This document shows positions 28,701 to 40,700 of a stretch of DNA of 64,000 nt, piece after piece. Origin of the DNA: Tubulanus polymorphus (taxonomy: Eukaryota; Animalia; Nemertea). Under the pieces are notes generated by a model. It had not been told where the DNA came from. It made no database searches and saw nothing but the letters and a program-made list of their open reading frames with translations. Each line of letters begins with the position of its first letter. Position 1 is the first letter of the stretch. The position numbers and the translations under genes were made by a program. The stretch lies in assembly GCF_964204645.1 (NCBI RefSeq), contig NC_134028.1, forward strand, positions 6,262,001 through 6,326,000, given 5' to 3'.

Positions 28701-31700
28701 GGAGAACCGATTCGATCAGTATCATCAAATTTAGTTATTAATGTTCTGCGTAATCAGTACTCGCCAGTCTTTACGAAACCGCAGTACGACGTGAGAATTG
28801 TTGATACCGTAAATCCAGGAGTGAATATAGATACCATCGTAGCTACTGATCAGGATCTGAAGGTACTGTCAAATTTGGCCTAACTCTTTCAGTACTGACT
28901 AAATAATACCCAAAGATGCAGGAGATAATTTGAAATAGAAAAAATTCCTCCCCAGTGTGTTGAATAACAAGTGCAAAGCTACAGTGCATCTACACCGCAG
29001 TGCGGTGTATTGTTAGTTACTACAATTTCACTATGTTTGACAGGTTCTGCCATTTTTCAATGGATATACAAAGTAATTACTTATAACATCAACACACCAT
29101 GATACGATGAACTAGCAAAGTCCATAATTGATTTATACACCGTGCTGCAGTGTAGATGAGCTGAAAGGGTTAATATGTCAAGATTTTGAGTACACATTAT
29201 TATCTAAGAACGTAGATACTTCTAGTAAAAGTCTTGCATTTGGCTCCACTAGTTCCGAGGTCAAAGTTTCTGTGAATTGTTCTGAATCCTTTGTGTTGAT
29301 ATGGATTCATTTTTCGAATTAATCTTTTTAGGGTGTGATCAGATATAGAGTTGATGGCAGATTCCCTGGAACAGCATTCTTAGGCGTAAGACCAGATACA
29401 GGACAGGTTTACGTCAAATTATCCCTAAAAGCGGATCCATTCAATTCTCTAAATTATACGGTAAGTTTGGAGCTGCGCACAAGTATGAATTCAATAATCC
29501 AAATTTTAGAAATCTCAGTTGCACAAAATAATTGAGACTGGATTTAGCTTTGACTGCGGCCAGGCCCAGTCTTGCACAAATTGATGATAATGATAATGAT
29601 AATAATGAAAATGATTATAATAGTCATTTGTATAGACCAGTTTTCCATATAGAACAAAGTTTGAATGTGCTCTTGTTTGTGACATATTTAACACAGTTTG
29701 CGGAGAGTCAATGTACTTATTTTAAAGTCTCGGAGCAAACGGTGAAAAATTCTCTCCTGCCAATATTGGACAGGTGAAATTTGTTTAAAAAATCAATCGA
29801 TCAAAATTGTACTTTTTCAGCTCGATGTTGTGGCCTATGATACCGCGGTAGCTTACGACATCGCCAAATCTAAGGTTTTCGTGACGGTCGTTCGTAATCC
29901 GAATGCCCCGACATTCCCTCAAAACTTGTACCGTCGAACAGTGTCCGAACAGCTCCTCGTCGGTGCACCTATTGTCAGTCTAAACGCTACAGATAAGGAC
30001 GGGGTAAGATTTGTTTTTGTGGCAGATAAGAGCCAAGCAGACAAAAACTAAGAGGAAAGATTCTTTGTTTGGGAGGAATGAGTAAACAAGTTATCTCACT
30101 AATATTTTAATGGTATTATAGGATAATGTGGTGTACAGTATCGGTGCCTTGTCGAGTCAGACTTGTAAAGATTACTTCACGATTGACCGTACGACTGGAG
30201 AATTCCAATTACGCCGGACCTTACTAAAAACGACGGTTAATCAATACCAGGTACCAGACAGCCGATAGAATAAGTCACCCGTCTGTCGGAGAATGATTTC
30301 CAAGCAGTGAAAAATGAAATACTGCTTTTTTGCAATTTCAGTGTACAGTACTGGCTTGCGATGACCGTACACCGTCGAAATGTAGTCCACCTACAGTCAT
30401 CGAAGTCACCGTCACACGACAGGCTAAACATCGCGTCGAATGGCTGAATCTTCCGTACGACTCGCCTGTCCGTGAGGATAAATCCATTGGTTACGTCGTA
30501 CGACAAGTTCGAGCTGAAGACGTACTTTCGAACACGGTAAATACTACACTTTCAGCAACTCAATCCAAACTGATCCGACCACGGATGCAGTTAAAAATGA
30601 AGATCACTCTAAAGCCCTTCATGGTGCAACAACTGTTTCCTACGCATTTTTGTTATGCTGTGTGTGTACGTTTTATTGTTTGCGGGTAAAACTCTTACTC
30701 ACAACGTTTTGTGAAACTCGTATTTTCTGTTTTGAAGAAACGAATGTTTTGACGTGTGCATTGGGCTTAAGGAGTTCAAAACAAGTTCTTTTCAATTAAT
30801 CTATTTAACAAGTTTTATCATGGAACTGAGTCCGAAATAATGAGAGTATTTCTTAATGTATAAGTCCCAGTTAAAGTTGATTTATTCTCATTTTTATGCA
30901 GTCACCAATTTCCTCATGTTGTTGGGTATCTAGATTACCGGTATACCGTATTTGCAATGGCCCTGTATGCAGCCACGTATGGATTTTTCTTACATGGATA
31001 ACAACAGTTCTATTCCCATTTTCACGTAGCTTTATTAAAATGCCCTTATTTCAAGTCTACTTGGAACTTCGGTCCCAGCAGGCTTTTGCGTTCACTTTTC
31101 AACCGTCGCCCATCCGTAGACGAAATCCAGTTATTTTGGAAAGTTTTGAAGACGCTTCATTTAATAAATTCACCAGGGGGTGTATAATATCGAATTGTCA
31201 GATTGTCATGCATTTCACCAAGTGGGCGTGGTGTCCCTGGACCCCGAGTTTGGATAATTAGTGATTTCCCCTTCCAATTCAAGTATTACCCTACTATCAA
31301 TGTTTTCATATTGAACTCCAGGGAAATATTCATTATACGATGCGAGGTTTTGCACCAGGAAACGATTACTTTTCGCTAGACCTGACGAGTGGAGAAATTA
31401 AGATTAAAAAACTACTCAGCACTGACAATACTCCTGTTTACATGGTATGTTTTTATTGAATAATTATCCATGAGATTGTTAAATCAATCCAACAAAAAAT
31501 TGAAGACTTCTTTTACCTTTTTCACAAAAATGATGCATGATAACCTTATGCTAACTTGCAATCTTAGAGTAAAATGTGATTTCTGAGACTGAAATAAGTT
31601 AACAAGAGAAATCCCACAATAAGTTCAGCCAAAACGAGAAACTTGAATAGAAGAGTTATATATATTTGCGCAACGTTTCGGCTAAAGACTATTAGCCATC

Positions 31701-34700
31701 ATCAGGCGTACTCGTTTTGGCTGAACTTATTGTGGGATTTCTCTTGTTATCTTCTTACACGGATATTGTGTATCTTCTCGTCTCATGAAATAAGTTGTTT
31801 GATGAATAGATATTTTTGTATTCAATTATTTTGCTGCCCGTTTTCAGTTGCAATTGGTCGCTTACAATACTCTAAGTCCGGCTAATGAAAATGTGACGAC
31901 CATGTTGATTCGAGTTGAACGTAATGTCAACCCGCCTGTTTTCTCACCGCTGATCTATCGGGAAAATATTTCCGAGCACAGTCCACTCGGATTTGGTGTC
32001 GTTACCGTAAACGCGACTGACAAAGATCAGGTAATTCCTTGAGTTGTGTCAACCATACTGAATCGCGTGATGCTTAGCTGCGAGATAATCATCATCGTTA
32101 ATTACATTAATCCTTTCACTGCTGACTAATCAATACAGAAAGTGCTGGAGATGATTTGAAAATATCAAAAAAATTCCATCCCATATGTTGAATAACAGGC
32201 ATGCTGCTAGTGTGCCTACACCGTGGTGTGGTGTATCATTAGTCACTGATATTTCACTATGTTTGACAGATGCTGCCATCTTTCAATAGAGATAAAACTT
32301 ATGATTGTTAATATCATTACACTGTGATGCAGTGTATTAGCAAAGCCACCAATTCATACACCGCACTGCAGTGTAGACACACTGAAAGGGTTAAGACACA
32401 GACAGACTGTGCTCTTTAACAAAAATCGATATTTGTCTGTAAGTAAGTAACAATTGTAAGCGAATCTTATGAAGCAAATTGAACTGATTTTTCAGGCAAC
32501 TGGATTGATTTATGAAACGATAGGAGACGGATCAGCTCAAAGTTTCTTTAGTTTACATCCGCTGAGTGGTCTTGTATTCGTGTCTCGTAAACTGACCACC
32601 GATCCAATCCGAGATAAACAATACGTGGTAAGTAAACTACGTAGCATTCTTCGGTAAAACCTCGGCAAACCTTCCCATTTTAAAGCTGTGTGTAACTGTT
32701 GAATTTCTCCTTTAAGCTGCGGGTAACGGCTAAAGATCAAGGAAAAGTATCTCGAACCGCGACGGCGATGGTTTACATCACTGTGTTCAGAAACGAACAC
32801 GATCCTCGATTCTTGAACACGTCCTATGAAACTACAATCCCTGACACTTACCCACTCGGTGAAAATGTTATACAAATACTGGCTACCGATGATGATAACA
32901 AAAATGTGAGTTAATTTGTTGGAACTTCAATAGTCAAAGCTCACCTGGTTCTGCTTTGATCAACCAGATGCAGCCTATTAGTGAAATAAGTTTCAAGAAA
33001 ATTGTATGAGATCTTGTACATAGATTGTATGAATGAATGATACGCTTTATCTTTCCAGAGTCCCAATGGTCAAATTGTTTACGAGATTATCGGAAGTGTT
33101 CAGGCATCGTCTAAGTTCCAGATTTCAAGTACTGGTAGTATTTCACTTAAAGATACATTGATTGGAACTGGTGTAAACAGATACCAAGTAAGCAGATGAC
33201 AAACATTCACTTGGCCTTGATGCACAGTTTTCCATCAGTCATTCATGGTGTTGCATTCACTATCAGTCCCGAGTGACAAGTAGGTTCGAGGCTGCTTACA
33301 GTGTGTGGGCCACTTATCAAAGGCAGTTCCATCATGAATAAATTTGAGGCACCACATCAGACGAGAATGGAAAAAACTCAATGGTCTCCTGGTCTCCAGC
33401 CCCTTAGCTATCAAAAGCATCTCTGATTGTCAGGAACAGTCTCATTTCTTCACGTGTAGAGCTGGCCCCCCCCCCCCCCCGCCCTCTCCGCTCATGTATG
33501 ACTAATCAACACTACCAATGAATCCGCATAATTTCACAGATACATTTCTATTGAATATTGCAGATACAAGTAAAGGTATCCGATCATGGTTCTCCACCTC
33601 GCAGCGTGTCGACTGTTGCCGTAGTGAATGTGATACGTGGAAGAGAGGCGCCGATCTGCAATCCTCAGCCAGCCAAGTATTTTGTCACGAAACCGGAAAC
33701 GACGCCTATCGATTCGTATATTTACACGATCAATTGTACCGACCCCAAACCAGTGGTAAGTGATTCCATGAATTCCATTTCTGAAAATCACTCGTAGCAC
33801 ATAAATCATACGATTAATAATTAATGTACGATTTAATCTAGAAGGATTGAAAATAATGTTCACCATTGACGAATTGCAATAAACCTATTTTATCTTTTAG
33901 GGACCTACGAAATATGAGATTGTGGGAGACGGACTGGCTACTGTATTGTTCAAGATCAACCCCAGCACTGGTGTCATTACTACTAAAAACACATTAGTTT
34001 TAGATTCCAGTATTTTCTACATAGTAAGTGCATCGAATGGAATATATTACTCGATCCTTATTGAATACGATAGATTTTAAACCGTTTATCAATCGCGTCT
34101 TATTCAGATACAAGTAGTCGCCAGCGACTCCGGAGCACCGTTGGAGCGAACCGCGGCGAAAGTGACGGTCACTATCACGAGGAACGCAAATAAACCGCTG
34201 TGTCGACCGAAACAATACGAAAGAACTATTACAGATGCTCAGCCATTGGGAGTTAATATCACTCAAGTGAAAGCATTTGATAATGATACAGTAAGTGATA
34301 CTGTAGTCAACATAAACTGAATAACCCTATTTATCCTTAGAAAACGAATGATATGGTTTCAATGGGAAACTGGGACACCAGCTATCCCATCTGATGGCGC
34401 CACTGAGATATCAGACGCACTCGATCAAAATTAGTTCCTTTTTCAAGTAACTTTGATCTAAATTTTCAGTCTCCCAATGCAAAAATTGGGCAAATCACGC
34501 AAGTCTGACGAGTTCATATGTGCCATGATTTTCATACTTTATGCATAGTATTTGAGAAATTATTGTTAGATTTTAATTGAGAAGAAATCCGGCGTCGACG
34601 TCGTACTGTGCACTAGTTTGTGCATAGTGTTGTTTGTTGTCCATTATCAACTTGTTTTTTGTATTTCAAACAGGGAAACAGCGGTCTGATAACCTACGAA

Positions 34701-37700
34701 ATCAGTGCAGCGAGTTCGAATCCTTCGGACAGTAATCAGTGGTTCTTCATAAACCCAGTTACAGGTGTCATCTCCGCTAGCACGCTGCTTACTCAGGATC
34801 CAAACAAACGATCCAGATATGATGTAAGGATCGAACAAATATCTACCATTTGAAAGAGTAGATTTATGAAGCATTTGACAACATTCAATTACGGACAAAT
34901 GACACACAATTTGCACAGAATTTCAGTCATTTCCGATCATTGTTCTCAATGAAGGTCTTAACATGAATTCGCAATTCGTTTTTACAGTTGAGGATCGTCG
35001 TGAAAGATAAAGGAATTCCACCGTATTCAGACATGTGCAGTGTCAGAATTAATGTACTGAGGAATTCGAATGCACCTTCATTTACACTGCAGCATTATGA
35101 AGTGACCATCAATGAATCTATTCCACTCAATACAACAATTATTGACGTTAATGCTGTTGACCCTGACGGGGTAAGACGCATAGTGAATCTTTCAGTGTAT
35201 AGTATATATAGATGAACTGATTTCTGCATATACCGGTCTATCTAGGTTCAAATGATTTTATTTGAAAAATTGGGTTGTCCTCATTGAAATATCTTTCTTC
35301 TAAGTCAGTTTGGTAGCTGTAATTCAGGGGCTGGTTTTCTGGACTGGTATTACCTTTAACCGGGGGGGCTTACTCAATTGAAAATGAATTTGCGTTAGCC
35401 TGGGGTTCAAGGTAATACCAGTCTAGATAACTGGACCTACGGGTATTGCTGTATCATATAGTTTAACCCTTTCAGTGCTGACTAATTAATGCCCTAAATT
35501 AGGTTTTTTTGAATCGTTTCTTCTTCAGAAAGCGGTTACATACCGAATGATTCCCGGTTCGGTGGCGGATAATGTCTTTTCGATCGATCCAAATGACGGA
35601 AAAATTCGCAACAAACTACACGTGTCACTAACGACTACAAACAATTTCAACGTACGTGTGAAAAACCTGATTATTATGCCTCGAACTATTGAAAAAATTG
35701 TTATGAAATTTCATTATTGTCTCGATGCATTATTATTCCAGTTCCTCGTTGAGGCGAAAGATGCTGGCACTCCCGCGCGCACGTCAACGGCGAATTGTAT
35801 CATAAACGTGTTGAGAAATCCTCACCCGCCCCATTTCGATCAAGAAATTTACAACGTAACTATTCCCGAGCATCAACCATTGGGTTCATTGGTTATCACG
35901 GTTAGCGCTACAGACAAGGATCCATCAACTGTAAGTTTTATCTTTATGATAGATTGCTCAAAACTGAATTTTGATTTTTTGGTTTGATGAAGATGAATTT
36001 TTGAAGTACGATGTTAATTGATTTCATTCCTGAAGTTGAAGCTGTTATTTCAAATACATGACAAAATCGCTGAACTCATGTGTCAAAATTTGTGCGTTGT
36101 TGATTTATCTGTGTTGTGCATTTCAGTCGCGAAGTGGAGATCTCTCCTACCAAATGATCGGCTCCAGCCCGACGAATGACGCGACCTCATTTTTCATGGT
36201 TGGACAGAAATCAGGCAGTATCTTCATCGCTGAGCAACCATACAAAGATCCAAGTCGACCTAAACGGCCTTACTTCACGGTAAAATACAGGGTCGGATCT
36301 ATGATCTGATTTAGGGAAGGGATGCAACCCCCGAAAAAGGGTATATTGCATTATCAAAAGGGCACCCTGAAAGAAAGCTCACCAGAAAAAACATTACCTA
36401 ACTCATTTTCGGAAATATAGACAATAAGCTTATGAATTTAAACTTTTAAGGTACATTTACACATGAAATTTCAGGGCAACCTGACACTTTTGGAGGGAGG
36501 GGTGGTGTGCCTCACCTGAGTTAGATGAAATAACAAACCATATATTTGAAAATTGGGATTGATTGATGATCAACTTAACAAGTTTGCTGCCGAGTACGAG
36601 ATATCTCGTAGTTCCAGTTCTGCCACAGTTATTTCGAGTTAATTAAGTCGACATTTCGAGTTTTAAATTCGAAACTTCAACTTAGATCAAAAACTCATGT
36701 GGCCCCAATGCTCGTACATGAGTGTAAACATAAGCTACAGAAATATTTCTACGGTTGTTATTTTCGTTTGAAGATGAAAGTGATTGCGTCAGACGGAGCG
36801 ATTCTGTCCCAATCGGCCGAGGCTCTCGTTAATGTAAACATCATCAGAAATAACTATCCTCCAGTATTCCTCAATGAGTCATATTATGACAAAGTGAAAG
36901 ACAGCATAGGATACGGACGTACCATCATCAACGCTACCGCCACAGATCTAGACGCTGTTCTCTATCCTGAGGTAATTTCATATCGCTCATAACTACCATC
37001 TGTCCCTGATACTGCCTCCTTGTCCCCGATGGTGTGTTATCGATGCTATTGAAAAACTTTTGCTGTCCCTGAAACAATTTTCTACTATATACAAAGTTCA
37101 AAAGATTAAAAGCAAATTTCATTTAAACGTTGTGTCTTGATTTAAATTTTTAACCTATAAAATTTGCCATTGATTCTTTAAACTTTGTTTTAGTGGGTTT
37201 AACTTGAAATCTATTCTCCATGTCAGAGTGTGGCTATTCTACTACAATTTTTTTCTGCCTCTCTGAAAATTGTTCTAATCCTTCCATATTTCTTGTTATG
37301 TCCCTGAAAATTGTCTCTTTTGTCCCTGATGTGGTAATTGATTTGTTGGCATATCAGAAAATGTCCTGACCGATATGTGTTTCATGTCATCACCTTTTCA
37401 TTTCAGACACCGAATGCCAAGATAGTATACAGTATTGATCCGACCAACCTACTCGCAAATCAATTCTTCCAGATAAGTCCAAGTCTTGGTCTTATCAGTG
37501 TCAGACAGCCGTTAACGAACGGACGCAATACATTGCGTTATGAGGTACATAATATTTGAGAAGAGAAAAACCGGTTTGAGAAAAGACAGAATCCAGATAT
37601 TGAACGATAAATGAAAATGCGAATGTTTCGTATTTCAGTTCCAAATCCGTGCTCATGATGGAGGAGATCCCTCGCTCTTCGACATCGCTAACGTAACAAT

Positions 37701-40700
37701 TGACGTCGAACAAACTTCTCCAAAAGGACAAGTCCTCGGATTCATTTTGCCAAATTACTGGTGTGTTTGTATACCCGAAAACTTATCAATCTTGCAAAGA
37801 AAAAATCATTCGTTTAGTTCAATCCGTATATGCTGACTTCCTATGCTGAGATCAAACACGGTTCAATGACTCCATTATATTCTGTATTTTTTTCAGGGCG
37901 GAAGTTAAAGAGAATAGTAACGTAGGAACATCGGTGTTAGATTTGGATGTTCTTTATCAATTTCCTGACCTGAAGGTTGATTGTTACTTCGCTGATGGCA
38001 CAGAAGATGGTAAGCATCGGTTTGACTGTATTCAAGTAATACTTACCCCTAGCGTAAAATTCTTGAACAGAATAGTCAAACTATTTCTGGATAAACACAT
38101 GGCTATGATCTAATTGTGGCACAAAATCATTGAGACTCCAAAGACTTCAATATTCTGGACCCAGTTCCACAAAATAGAAGTGATTTGACTACAGAATTAA
38201 AGAATGATTTATGAACTATAGTCAAAACTAAAAGTAATTTTACCAAGAAATGTGGAACATTTTCCCTTGTATAAACCTTCTGTGTTTGTAAGTTATTTCA
38301 TTAATTTCTTATTAATTTCCAGTTCGTTTCAAATTGGAACGATCGAAAACGACCGGCAAAGATTGTACTCTACTGACAAACGGTGATATCGATCGCGAGA
38401 CGAAGGACAGATACGTGTTCATGGTCGGTGTTAGGCACCACGCGGCGATTACGCGCCGAAAACGTTCGATGACCAATGGGATCTGGAGTCTACTCGGAAA
38501 ATCACCGGCGATTAAAGAAGAAAAGGTCTTAAGTCGTCAGAAAAGACAATGTAAGTTTGATCAGTTGACTAATGAAAATAGTTGGGTCGAATAATGGGTA
38601 ATGGCTGAGGTCCTTGTAATTATCTATAGTCCAGGGGCTATCTCAATTCATAGTCAATTGGGTTAGCCCCTGATTAAAGTTGGTACTAGTCTATAAAACT
38701 GGCCCCAGAGGATTACTAAGTGATATGAGTGATTGTAACTTAGCTACTATGGATTTTTAAGTCAGAAAACTTTTTCGCTAATCTTATGAATATGGATACA
38801 CCAGTGTCTCATTTTGTGAATGGAATTTCATTTTCAGCTTACAGATCATTCAACCCAGCTAAAATTATAGTAACCGTCATCGACGTTAATGATAACGTAC
38901 CTCAGTTCATTTATCCTGAGTATCCATACCAGAAGAATGTTACCAAGAAAATGTTCTTCGGAGCGATCGACCATAACGCGCGACCGAATTCAAAAGTCAA
39001 TCTGATTGAGGTAAGTAAAAAATGTTTTCAAGCATTCACATTTCACTCCTTTCTGTGATATTCGATCTGAATTTGCTGCAATGAAAATCCACTGATAGAC
39101 AAATAAACACGCTGTTTGGTTCTCCCAGTCCTGAAAGTGGCTGGTTTGCAGCGCTCTGTAATACTGCTTGTACTGAGAACTTGCATGATCCACCGACCCC
39201 TGACACTAATATGTGCTGGATATAATTTGTTAACTTATAAAAATTCCATCCCATTGTATTGAATAACAGGTAAAACACTAAAAGTGTCTACACCACTGCG
39301 CAATGTATCATGGTGTATCGTTAGTTAATAATATATCACCACGTTTGACAGGTGTTTTCATTTTTCAATAGAGATAAAAACTAATTACTAATAACGTCAT
39401 TACACCGCGATGTGGTGTACTAGCAAAGTCCATCACTGATTTATACACCGCATTGCGGTGTAAACGCACTGAAAGGATTGACACAAATTTTAGATACATG
39501 ATCAAATTTTCAGGCATACGATCCGGATTTAGGTAACAACAGTAAATTCTTCTTCTGTATGGGTGAACGAGAACGTCAATTGCCTCGTAATACGCCGTTT
39601 AACATCGATAGAACAAGCGGTATCATCTACAATACCCGAGAATTCGACCAAATACATAATGCGAGTGGTCTTTACCAGTTCGGAATCTGTGTCGATGATT
39701 ATCCTTTACCGTCTGATAAAAGCAACGCTGATGTTTACGTGAGTAGAAAAATATCCTCTGATTAGAATTGCCTCAATTCCCTCATTCAGTATGGTGTAGC
39801 AGTGGCGTCCCTAGGAAAATTTGAATTTCACCACCATTCACTTTTGTCGATTTTGCCATCCTCAGATTCACCTCAGTTTTTGCGACCTTCAGAAATTCAT
39901 AGCTTTTTTCATTATAGCTAAAGCCCTCACTCCAATGGCTTGTTTGAACTGCTACTCTTTTTACCAGCTTTTTTACCTGCTAGTCGCTTTGATAATGACC
40001 ATGTGCTTTCTTTTATCACAGGTAAATTTGATCGACGATACTCACCGAATGATAATGATAATACCAGATGAAACTCCAGATAAGATTATCATCAAAGCTG
40101 AGGCTATCAGAAGGTAACGTATCGATATTTTGGCGAGTTTAAATTTGCGTGAAATATCTTATTCATTATTAAGGCAATAGCAATACGGCAATCTCAATTT
40201 CTATCAGTTTTACATGATACACCTGTTGAAACACGATGATTGTCAGTTTATATGAATCGTTTCAGGAAACTGCAGCAGTTAACGAACAAAGTGATTTTGA
40301 TCGAGAAAATTGAGAATAAACGCGACAAAACAGGAAACAGTATAACTACCGATTATAAAGGGTAATAGTTTTGTTCGATCGAATTCTGATTTCTCGTTTC
40401 GAGTATGTTGTAATAATTCTCATTTGTTTTGCAGAACTGATCTGTACTTTGTTTCCGTAAATCCGAAGACAAAACTCATCTGTACCTCGAAACAAAATGA
40501 AGAGTAAGTATGATGTATTTAGAGCTGCCAACTGTTCCTGATTTTTAGTATTTTTTACTCTTTTATAATTGGAAATACTGAGTATATTTGTTTGGTGCAC
40601 ACAGAAATATGAAAGATGTTCATGAGGGTCTTACTGTTGATTACGGATTAATTTGAACATTTTCTTTCATATTGCAAGAAATGTTACTGAAAAAGGTTGG

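Noticed and set aside
33235-33420. RTE-type LINE fragment
   Set aside because: Only a vague FHxR motif is present, which is not enough without a search.
1-37760. Dscam-like mutually exclusive exon clusters or clustered-protocadherin variable exons
   Set aside because: The A and B modules alternate strictly with no A-A or B-B duplicates, and each exon is half a domain. This is a linear tandem array.
38466-38534. Excised inter-furin peptide as an antimicrobial peptide (GIWSLLGK)
   Set aside because: The resemblance is superficial and short, with low net charge; unsupported.
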